Assembly: GCF_009914755.1 (NCBI RefSeq)
Contig: NC_060925.1
DNA from: the human T2T-CHM13v2.0 reference genome, Homo sapiens
Length of the DNA: 64,000 nucleotides
Direction: 5' to 3' (one strand)
Below the pieces are notes generated by a model. That model searched no databases and was not told where the DNA came from. It saw only the letters and a program-made list of their open reading frames with translations. This document shows positions 36,421 through 64,000 of the stretch, one piece after another (position 1 is the stretch's first letter; every line of letters begins with the position of its first letter). Both the position numbers and the translations under genes were made by a program.

Positions 36421-36556
36421 TGCATAGTTTCTGGCTCAGATCATTCTAGTGCTCATTTTACAGATGAGGAAGCTGAGGCCCCACGGGAGCCTGCCAGGGC
36501 AGAGGTAGAATTGGATCCTGGATCTTCTGCTTAGGACACTCTCCCTAACGTTGCCC

Positions 36557-37090
36557 CGTTGAGGTAAACTGAGGAATGGAGAGACCGATATGGCAGAACA
36601 GGAGGATATTTATTTTAAGATATGCACCGGCTCAGTGGATTCACATCCAAAAAGCTGAGCATTGAACAAAGACAGAGCGGGGTTTTTATAAGCGGGCTTA
36701 CAAAAGCAAAACAAAGGCAGTTAACCATATAGTGCATAACTTGTGGCCTTGCATAGCTGGTGGCCTTGTAGCTGAGACAAAAGAAAAACAAGAACTAGCT
36801 AAATACAGACATTTGTAAAACATAGTTATGCTTAAGAAGCCAGGGAAAGGAGTAACAGTAAAGGAATTTGTCTTTCTTTTTTTTCCTTTCAACCTTGCTC
36901 TGGAGGAAGGAGTGGGTGTCTGGAGCCCATTCCTTTGGCCTTGGCTTTTCGGACAGCCTTATCTTATAACTGTCCTTGAAGTGAGCTGCTAAGCAGAGGA
37001 AAACTTGCTTCTTTTCTTTTTAACCCTTGCCTTGCCTGTTACTTTTCTCGGAGTGAATTAATGCATATTTATTTTTAAATTTCTGCCTCA
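36557..37090 (-). mobile_element. Solo ERV1-class LTR (LTR15/LTR4-like), 534 bp
   Basis: Minus strand begins TGAGGCAGAAAT and ends ...TTTACCTCAACG (CA end mutated). TATAAAAA near 36690, AATAAA at 36614-36609, 4-bp TSD gccc at 36553-36556 and 37091-37094. Confidence 0.8.
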
Positions 37091-37338
37091 GCCCTTCTTA
37101 GACCAGATCTCACCTTTCTTTTCTAGTAATGCAAGTGAGAGCAACATGTTCTTCACAGCAGCAAAGCCATCCCTGTTCATACAGGTTGTGGAGTTACCCT
37201 TCTCTCTGCCAATTTGAAGGGTTGCCCAACATTAATCTGGGAAGGGAAAAAGGCTGCCTCCTAATCAGAACAGTAATGAACATTAATAATCCATTCTCCT
37301 TCAAGAGACAAATTTAAAAAAACCCAGTAGCAATAAAC

Positions 37339-37369
<31 letters not shown>

Positions 37370-39733
37370 CAAACTCATCCTTTCCCCTCCACATATTTTT
37401 AGCTAACTCTTGAACCCAAGGAGGATTTTACCAATGGCTCTCCAGGAATTAGAGTTGTCACACCAGTCTCCTGTTGCCAGGAAATGAGGAGAGCTGTCCT
37501 CATCCACATCTGCAGTACCTAGAATAGCCCCCTCTGGCTCTCCAGAGATTGATTCATTAGGCAGGGTTGTGTTTAGGTGACGCCCACACACGAGAACATT
37601 CATAGCAGCCATCATTTCTCAGTGAATGCGGTCCTGTAAATGCTGGCGATCTTGTAGCAGTGCTGATTAGCGAGTTGCTCCAACACCTCCTCATAATTTT
37701 TTCCTGCTCATCACTCACCTGCTTTGTCAAAATGAACAAGAAGGAAGCATGATTGGGCTGTGCACCGAGGCGGCAAGGAAGCCCTGGATGACCCTCTTAA
37801 CAGGTTCATTTCTTCTTGAGCAAGCTTGTTAAAAGTTAGCATTGCTTAACACAGGCTAATTGGCTTCCCTTTCATTTTCTTCCATCCAAGTTTCTATCGG
37901 GAATCTTCCTCAGAATAAAATGCCAAGTTGGTTAGGCACTTTCTTATTTTAGTCTTGAGATTACGTTCTTGCTTCAGGAAAGAGTCAAGTTTAATTTTAC
38001 TTCCAAATCAGCCCCTTCTTGTTACTCTAATCAACAAGACTTTTCTTGGCTGGGAGGTAGGGGTAGGGGAGGAAAGGAAGGGAGGAAAAAAAGCAAGAAA
38101 AACAACCTCCTAAACATCAACAATCATTTTTCTTGCATGTAAGATTATCAACTACTATAGATATAAACATTGTGGTCTAGCACTTCTTTATTTATGACTG
38201 TGGCAATGAAAATAACTTGGTACTTAACCAATTATTTTTAAGAGGTGGTAGCACAGTATTTCTTTGAATGTCGAAGAACAGAAATAGAGCCTTTAAGAAT
38301 TTCTTCCATCTGCCACCCTGAATATTGACTGGGTAGAGATTTAAACAGCATGCATGCAATAGAATTGGCCTCATCGCCCCATCTGTAGAACACAAGCCTG
38401 TGAAATCCAGTGTGTCTGTGTGACATGCAATTAGCTCAATCCTGTTTCTCCAGCCAGGGCTCCACTTCATTGTTTGGCCATGGGATGGAGAACACCTTTG
38501 CTGGGTGGCAGGATTGACCCTGCTGTAAATAGTGACATTTATAGGAATGAGGACTTTGGATGCCGTGGGAATGACAGTGTGTTAGAAGGCTAAACACTGC
38601 ATAATGAGGTTGATTGGGAATGCCTTTCAACAGCAGTTTGCTCATTTTAGGGACTTCTCATCACAGGGATAAACAGGAAGCAAAATCTGGGGTATTGGTT
38701 TTGTGGTTTCAAATGTCTATTTGAGTTGGAAACTGCTCAAAATGGAAATGGGCTCTTTCTGGAGGTAGCACAGACATCACTTCGAGAGGAGATCCAGAGA
38801 TGATTAAGATACAGTCCTCGACACAAGGAGCTCCAAGATTTGTAGGGGAGGCAGACGAGTCATTGAAATTGAAAAAATAAAACACCTCGCTGGCAAGGAG
38901 TTTGCTCTTGACAAGAAGAAATCAGTCTCTAGACTAATTCTCTTCCTATTGCTGAGACTAGAGCCCTGCCTTGGAATTTGATTTGGCCCAAGGTCAAGAA
39001 AATCTCAAGATCATGGGTCCTTGTATAGCTGGGATAGGGGTGGGTCAATGACTCTGCTGTTGGAGAAGGCACTGAGGTAACGCCGGTTTTTTACGTACCA
39101 GGTCCCCAGCTGTGCTCTAGAAACTGCAGAAACAGAACAAAGCATAAGATTTGAAAACAAACAAATACACTCTGCACGTTGGAAGCAGGAGAAATCTTGG
39201 CATAGTATGCTGTTGTGGAGTGAGGGAGATTTTTCTCTTTCTTTATATAGATTCAGGCAGGATTGTGTCTGAGACCAGCACTACGTCTGAATCATTGTGA
39301 GTCACTGGGAGGGAGGTATAACTGTGCCCTGTAAGCGGGTCTCAGGGTGGAGAATCACTCTGAAGGATTAAAGGTGGGGCCCTTGGAAAACGATGAATCC
39401 TGAAGCAGAAAGCAAAGCTAGCCACTTCAATGCACTTTTAATGGGGTTAGCACTTTTCATTTTCCTAGGATTCTGGGAATGATTCATTTAGCGTTTGGTG
39501 TTAAGGTTCTTCCCTCCCCACATTTCAATTTCATATACATTTTCCCTTCCATCTAAAATGTCAGAAAAGCCTGTTACACAGCCTGTGTCACTGTATTGTG
39601 GAGAATGTAGGGACAGGGCAGCAGTGGGAGAATTGGCTTGGCCTGCATCAGCTCTCTGCGGAGGTCAGCTTGATGGCAGTGATCCTGGGATGTCAGTCAG
39701 CCTCCACTCCCTGGACCTATTTTCCCCAAATTA

Positions 39734-40135
<402 letters not shown>

Positions 40136-41530
40136 CTAAGCAGAGAGGTTTTAACTGTTCCTCTTCACCCCCGATTCCCCTGTCCTATCTATTTGCACTG
40201 GGCAATTGCAGCCACAATTCTGTTCTCCCTGGGAGCCCCACAAAGCTATCTCAGCCACCAGCCAGCACCTCATTATTCCTTCTCTGCTGCTTTTGCTCCA
40301 GTAGCATTGCCCCATTCACTGCCCGTATCAAAGGCACCCACATTGGGCTGCCCACATCTGTTGCTGCCAATACACTGCAAACTGACCTGCCTCTCCCCTG
40401 TCCCAAGTCCCTCAAGGGATTCAGCACACAGCTCCTTGGTTTGGCCCCTTCTTAGAAGCCTGTCTCTCCAGCTCTCATTCAGGGGGCTGTGGCAACTGAC
40501 ACGGAAGACATTCAGGGAGGCAGACACTGTTAGTCCTTAGAAGAGTTACTTTTCTTATGCATTGGCTTCCATTAAAGTTCAAACTTTAACATAGACCATA
40601 TTTTCCTTCCTATGGTCCCAAGACCCTCTATGATCTGAATCCCACCTTCTTTTCCAGCCGCATCTCTCCCCACCCGCTTCACTCTCTTGTGGCTTCCTAA
40701 ACCTGCCATGCAGTCTCTCACACACTAGTCTTTGTAAATACTGCTCCCTCGCCTGGCAGACTTTTCCTTTAGCCTCGCCCACTTTTCCCTTATTTGGACT
40801 GAGTCCTACTCATCCTTCTGGCTTCAGCTGTGATACCACTTTTTCTAGGAAGCTACCCCTGTCTATTCCCAATATAGGAGAAGGTTGCTCTTTTGTGCTT
40901 CCAGGGTACCCTATGCCATCATCAAAAGGATGTCACTTAACACCGTACTATCTGTTGACTTTTCCATCTCTCCTGTCAGACTGTGTGTTCCTTAAGAGCA
41001 GGAACTATATCCTATACTGATTAAAAAAATTTTTTTTTAGAGACAGGGTCTTGCTCTGTCACCCAGGGGGAGTGCAGTGGCACAATAATAGCTCACTGCA
41101 GCCTCCTTGAAATCCTGGGCCCAAGTGATCCTCTGGGCTCAGCCTCCTGAGTAGCTAATTTTTCTTTTCTTCTTCTTCTTTATTTTTTTCGTAGAGACAG
41201 TCTTGCTATGTTGCTTAGGTTGGTCTTCAACTCCCAGCCTCAAGTGATCCTCCCACCTCTGCCTACCAAAGCGCTAGGATTACAGATGTGAGTCACTGTG
41301 CCTGGCTGGTTTTATTTGTCATTTTATTGCAAGGGAACAAGAGGTGCTAATCGACTGTTGAATAGATGGTGACACATTGCCTGGGACCAAACTTGTATGC
41401 CTTGAGTCTCTTCTTTTAAGACAAGTTTTTCTCCAAGAGGGAACACGTCCCCACTGCACTTAGGTTCCTGATAGGCTTAACTCATTGGTCCTCTGGCCTG
41501 AGTTTTAGAGACTCCTCCTATATATGGATC

Positions 41531-42740
41531 TATTAGAGATAGGAAAAAAACAAAAGTGTTTTTTCATTTATTTGTTTGTTTTGGGGTTTTTTGTTGTTGT
41601 TGTTTTGTTTTTTTGAGACAGGGTCTCACTTTGTCACCCAGGCTGGAGTGTAGTATCGAAACCATGGCTCACTATATCCTCGACCTCCAGGGTTCAACGA
41701 TCCTCCCACCTCAGTCACCCAAGTAGCTGAGGCTACAGGCATGCACCACCATACATGGATAATTTTTGTATTTTTTGTAGAGACAGGGTTTTGCTATGTT
41801 GCTTAGGCTGGTCTCAAACTCCTCAGCTCAAGCGATCTGCCCGCCTCAGCCTCCCAGAGTGTTGGGATTATAGGTGTAAGCCACCATGCCTGGCCAACCA
41901 AAGTGTTTTTTTCTACTCCCACCCACCACAACAGTTCTGACACCAGATGTGTGGGTTTTTTCCCCACACACCAAGCAATTCTGGCACCAAATTCTCCATC
42001 AGACACCAACTGGATGCCCTATAATTTAATTCAATTCCAACACTGTCTGCCTAGGCACAGCATCAGATCCCACAGGTTCGGGGCTCAGTCTCAGAAGACT
42101 GCCCCCCACTTCCAATGCCAGTTAAGAACCCTACATTGTGACCTGTGCTTCTGAACAACCGACTATAAATCAAGGTTCCTAGGACCCTCTCCTTGGGTTA
42201 GATTAATTTCCCAGGGTGGTTCACAAAACTAAGGGAAACACTTCCCTTACATGTATTGGTTTAATAATAAAGGGTGCAGATGAGCATTCAGATGGAAGAG
42301 ATGCACAGGGTGAAGCATGTGGGAAGGGGCACGGAGCTCCGCGCTGTTTCTAGCACTCCACCCTCCAGGCATCTCCACAGGTTCAGCTACCCAGAACCTG
42401 CTTCTGAACCCACTCCTTCTGGGTTTTTATAGCGGCTTCATTATGGAGGCAAGATTGATTAAATCACTGGCCATTGATGATTGACTTAACCTTCAGTTCA
42501 TCTCCCTTTCCTGGAGTTTGGGGGGATGGGACTGAAAGTTCTAACCCTAGAATCCTGCCTTGATCTTTCTGGTGACCTGTCCCCATCCTGAAGCTATCTA
42601 GTGGCCCCCAGCCACCAGTCATGTCAAATAGCATAAAAAAGACACTTACCATTCAGGAGATTCCAACAGTTTTAGGAACTGTGTGCCAGGAACCGGGGCA
42701 GAGACAAAATATAAATTTTTTATTATATCACTATATCACA
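41531..42740. mobile_element. MER21-like LTR interrupted by an AluJ (about 41566-41895)
   Basis: Resembles the recalled MER21 consensus (tctgacaccagatgtgtgggttttttccccacacaccaagcaattct). The Alu is flanked by a duplicated aaagtgtttttt. Confidence 0.7.
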
Positions 42741-43364
42741 GCATCTGATAGGGATGGGCCACCACAATGCTTCCCAAACTTTAATTTGGGTAGGAATCAC
42801 CTGGGATCCTGTTGAAATGCAGATTCTGGCTCAGTAGTTGGGACGGAGCCTGAGATGCTGATACTGCTGGTTGGGAACTCACACCTTGAATGGTCAGACA
42901 CAAAAGTAATTGTCTGTGCAGTCTCTTTAAACTGATTCCAGAATTCTAACATAAAAGAACTGGGAAAAGTTGAAAATAATGGAGGAAACTTTCTAGAAGT
43001 TTTATTTTTTATCATGTTTGGTTTTATTAAGAACGGAAGTATTGGTGGAGCGCAGTGGCTCACGCCTGTAAACCCAGCACTTTGGGAGGATCACATGAGC
43101 CCAGGAGTTCGGAACCAGCCTGGGCAACACGGTGAAACCCCATCTCTATAAAAAATACAAAAAAAATTAGCCAGATATGGTGGCACATGCCTGTAGTCCC
43201 AGCTACTCGGGAGGCTGAGGTGGGAGGTTCACTTGAGCCCGGGAGGTGGAGGTTGCGGTGATCCACCACACTCCAGCCTGGGTAACAGAGTGAGACCCTG
43301 TCTCAAAACAAACAAACCAAACAACACAACAGAAGTTTTCTTTTTTAAGTGCATGTGGCCACCA

Positions 43365-44190
<826 letters not shown>

Positions 44191-44233
44191 ATGCAGTTTT
44201 TCAAAAATTTCTTCTTCTTTTTTTGTTTTATAG

Positions 44234-44359
<126 letters not shown>

Positions 44360-44908
44360 TAAAAATTAATATTTATATTCTCTCATTAGCAAACTGATAC
44401 ACACTACTTACAGAAATCTTTAAAAATATTTAAAAAGTAGAAATAGGGGGAAAAATTAGAGCTCCAGTCACCGAAGTACTCTTAACATTTTGACATATTT
44501 TCTTCCAGTGTTGTGCAGTTGTGATAATATGGTACAACAAATTTGTGTCCTTTTTTGTTTACCATTAAAATGAGCACCTTAAGAATTTCTTTTTGGAATG
44601 ATGAAAATATTCTAAAATTTATTGCGGGAATGATTGCATAACCCTATGAATATACTAAAAATCATTGAACTGTAACCCTCAGTAGGTGAATTATATGGCA
44701 TATAAATTATTTATCTCTCTCTCTACATATATATATTTTAAGAGATAGGGCCCAGGCTGGAGTGAAGTAGTGTGATCACAACTCACTGCAGCCTTGAACT
44801 CCTGGACTCAAGCAATTCCCCTATCTCAGCCTTCCACAATAAAGCTATTTTTTAAAAAAATTTTTAAATAAGCATTTTCAGGCTGGGCATGGTGGCTCAT
44901 GCCTGTAA

Positions 44909-45239
<331 letters not shown>

Positions 45240-45783
45240 TAGAATTAGCTCCTCCCATATTGTGCCAAAGTGTAACATTGCTTAAGCATTTATTGAGTGC
45301 TTGCTACAAGTCAGGTGTGGACCACACTAAGTCCACTACTCACATTATTTCCTCAAATTCTTCATCACCCTAAGAGGCCTATTCTACCCCTATTTTTGAA
45401 AGCTGAAATTGAAACTCCAGGAGGACAACTAACTCACCCAAGGTCACAGGGCCGATAAAGAGAGGAGCTGGGCGCCTACACAGCTCTGCCTGGTCCCTGA
45501 GGCCATGGTTATTACATTCCTTTGTCAGATGGTAATTTTTTAGAACCTTGCTAAGTTTCAAAGGCAAAAATGCTATCCTGTTCTAAATTGTTTTCATGGT
45601 GTTGGACATTTCTTTGTGTTTACTAAACTAGACACATTCTTCTGCTGTAAATTAGCTGTTTCCCAGAATTGGCTATACAATTGGAGGAGTGAATAAAATG
45701 CGACCTATGGCTTGTCACCATACTTAGAAAGAAAAACGCCAGACAGTTTCCTTGTTTGACGCCTGCTCAAATATGGAAGCACC

Positions 45784-45789
45784 TTTAAT
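45784..45789 (-). terminator. Probable LEMD1 polyadenylation signal (ATTAAA)
   Basis: tttaat on the plus strand, about 240 nt downstream of the LEMD1 stop. Confidence 0.6.
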
Positions 45790-46026
45790 GAGAGTTGACA
45801 TGACTTGGGGGATTTCCTAACCATCATGCTCTTAACACAGGTGCCTGGTTAGGCAGGTTCCTTCCACCTGGCTGAGCCCAGACACCGATCTGTGAGAGCA
45901 GCACAGTGCAAGGGAAGGCTCCCTGCAAGGGAGGGCTGCAGGCTAGGCTGGCCCTTCAGGGTAGTGTTTTGGTTCTTTCCTGAAGCAGGAGGCCTCGCTT
46001 GGAGCATTGCTTTGCTCCTAAATTAC

Positions 46027-46225
46027 TTAACCAAACAGCGACTTATTTTCCACAGTCAGGTAGACAAACACCACAATGATGAAAATACCAAGCACAGCAA
46101 GCTTCAAGCCCACTGGGAAACCTTCTTCTCTCCAGCTCTCGATAGTCTGGTCTTCCGCGCAGTAGTCTCTCTCTTTGGTGATAGTCCCATATGTGATTCT
46201 GGTGCTTGGTGCTCTTGCAGCCCAC
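46027..46225 (-). CDS. LEMD1: LEMD1 last coding exon (WAARAPSTRI...LKLAVLGIFIIVVFVYLTVENKSLFG*) with C-terminal transmembrane helix
   Basis: Acceptor ttttcacag|G (phase 2), 65 codons plus TAA. Matches the LEMD1 C-terminus as I recall it. This frame is absent from the ORF track. Confidence 0.93.
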
Positions 46226-46365
46226 CTGTGAAAACATCAGTGGCTCTTAGGATTGTGGACAGCTGTGGTGCACTTGAGTAGCCCCTTAAAGTGTGTGGGT
46301 CTTGAAGCCCAAGGGTGCAGTCATGGTGGGGCTTTAGAGGTAGCCTCTCCTTACTAAAAACCTAA

Positions 46366-48409
<2,044 letters not shown>

Positions 48410-48655
48410 TGATCTCAGTCCACTGCGACTTTTGCCCTGTCTTCCCAGTTCTCCTGGGCCTATTTCCTTATCTCTAAATATGAACAATGAACTAGTAACT
48501 TTGGCTTTGAAATTGTTGGATATTACAAATCTTTCTCCTTTCTCAACAGATTCTTTTCAGGCTAAACCCTTCACAGAAATCTGAATAATTAGTTTTTTCC
48601 AGAGCTACAGAATACAATAATATCAATTTCCACATATGCTAAAAAACATCATTAC

Positions 48656-48732
48656 CTTCTTCCCTTGGAAGGCTTATAATCCAAGCAATAGGTATCTACA
48701 GCTTTGCGTTTAGTGGTGGAAGCCTCAGGCCA
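48656..48732 (-). CDS. LEMD1: LEMD1 penultimate exon (WPEASTTKRKAVDTYCLDYKPSKGR-R), 77 nt
   Basis: Acceptor ctgtttatcag|TGG, donor AAG|gtaatg. Joins in frame to the last exon. The LEM-domain exons are not seen and lie beyond the window. Confidence 0.92.
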
Positions 48733-49574
48733 CTGATAAACAGAAAGAAAATGTCAAGAGGAATTTGTTTCCAATGTCTTATACAAATAACCTTGGTTTT
48801 TATTCTAGAAAAAGTCACATAATATGCCAAAAGTTCTTGGCACATTAGGTAGTTTGGTACTTTAAAATACAAACTTGTTTGTCTTTATTCAAGAATTAGC
48901 AAAAACATCTAAGTTCCATGGAGTAATATTTTACTTCAGTGACTCGCATGAGAACAATACACATACAAGGGACTAGGGCCACGTGATGAGAACAGCACTC
49001 TGTTCTTAAATATCAGCTCTATTTTGCTTCTTTATTTGTACTTTATTGCTTGGAGCTCTTTTTTATGAGCATGCATCATTTTCTACAAAGAATAAAGTAA
49101 TTTTAACAAAGCAAGTTGACTATGAACAAGGACTAGAAAATAATTTAGGAGAACGAAATGTTGCTTTGTAAGAGAAGTAGGAGCAATTGTAGGGGACTCC
49201 CAGGAATGTGAAGATGGGATGTCAGATGATGTTGCTAATTCTATTGATCAAGCGCTAAGCCCCATTTACCCATTAACTCACTGAGGCCTTCCAGTGAGCA
49301 CCACCTGCGAGGAAGCACTCCACCCCTATCTAGTAAGCACTATTCTGTTCTGGAAATGAGTCTGAGACACAGAAAGGTTAAGTAACTTGCTAGAGGCTAC
49401 ACAGTATTATCAGTGGAGAACTACGTGCTTGGACTACTACACTAGACTTCTCTCTACCCTTCAGTTTCTAAAAGTAATTTCCCCCATAGGAAATCTTGAT
49501 TACTCTCATCCACTCAGATCACTCTTCTATGCTATATTTCTTCAGCCCTAATATACACATTTTGTACTGTAGTG

Positions 49575-53752
<4,178 letters not shown>

Positions 53753-54348
53753 TAGAGCCATCACTAACTGTCCATAAAGAAATACAAGTTTGTTTGCATT
53801 TCCACAAGACATATATTTACCGTGTAGGCTTGAAGCTGGCCAAAATTTCACAGGCTGACACCTACAATTAAGGGTAGTCAAGAAAAGGGTGCTGAGAGCC
53901 CAGTTTCCTACCCTTTCTTTCTCTTATTCTCCCAAGACTCCTTACCGCTGGACTTGAAGAAGTCAGAAGGCAGGGATGTCCCTGAAGCTTAGGGATGGCA
54001 TTCTCTCCAAACTGAAACATAATACATTCTCCAATTGCTCTAATTCAATAATGCAATTACTTCTTAAAGGCCTATATGTAGAATTGGACACTTTTACAAA
54101 TGACATAGCAAACTGGAAGTTATGACCTGATTACAGGCAGAAAAAAGAAAAACTTCCTTTTGATTTACAGACCTTTAAAACTGAGTTAACTCCAAATCCC
54201 TTTATTGACTAAAAATTATTAAGTTGGTAAAAGATCTATAATCTTAGCAGACTTTTACTTCATTGTTTTTGCCTGAATCCTGATATGATAAAGCTTTTAT
54301 TTAAAACGTTGTGTTCTCTTAACCCAAGTAATGATTTTGAATTAACTA

Positions 54349-61330
<6,982 letters not shown>

Positions 61331-61779
61331 TTTTCAGACACAGTTTTTTCCTCCCCACTTGGGCAAATTCCAGCTACCAATCTGCATATGTCAGCCCATT
61401 TCTAACTGTGCTGATTTCTGTGCCATGGTTTTAGTTTGTGATTGGAAGGTTCACCAAGAAGTGCCTCCCATGGACTCTCACTACGTAGCAATCATCAGAA
61501 AGACGAGCCTTTGCTTCCGCGGGAAAACAGATGTCCCGAGTCCTTCTGTAATACCATGGAAAGGACACTGAGGGGAGCTATTTCATCACTCAGGTGCCTG
61601 GTCTTTTTTTCCTCCCCTGTGGCCTTTTGATATAATGGAGAGGGCAACAGAATGGAAATTAGGCCACTAGATTTCTATTTCCAATTTTCCTCTAATCCTC
61701 TATGTGGTCTTGGGCAAGTCATATTCCCTTTCTGCCTGTGTCCTCATCTGTGAGATAAATCACATAGTCTCCTCCAAGA

Positions 61780-64000
<2,221 letters not shown>

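Noticed and set aside
45892-46281. 129-codon plus-strand ORF over the LEMD1 last exon
   Set aside because: It has a non-ATG start, is antisense to a real exon and shows no recognisable homology.

Overview
This is mammalian (human-like) genomic DNA, rich in Alu, L1 and MIR repeats. I recognise it as the KLHDC8A-LEMD1 region (recalled as human 1q32.1). The left part holds the complete 350-aa kelch-repeat gene KLHDC8A on the minus strand. Its five coding exons splice to 1053 nt and include a GC-AG intron. It has a CpG-island promoter and a probable distal first exon about 12.7 kb upstream. A processed SNRPG pseudogene with TSD and poly(A) lies antisense in its long 5' intron. The right part holds the last two coding exons and 3' UTR of LEMD1 (minus strand) and part of a large repeat-filled intron. 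Between the genes are an ERV1-class solo LTR, MER21, DNA transposons and many Alus. Nearly all other ORFs in the track are Alu/L1-derived or chance. I found no convincing new multi-gene system. The best leads are gene-regulatory: a LEMD1 last exon open in all three sense frames, an in-frame KLHDC8A uORF, the GC donor, an RFX X-box, CTCF motifs and retrotransposon rearrangement scars. Repeat subfamily names and locus identity come from memory, not from a search.
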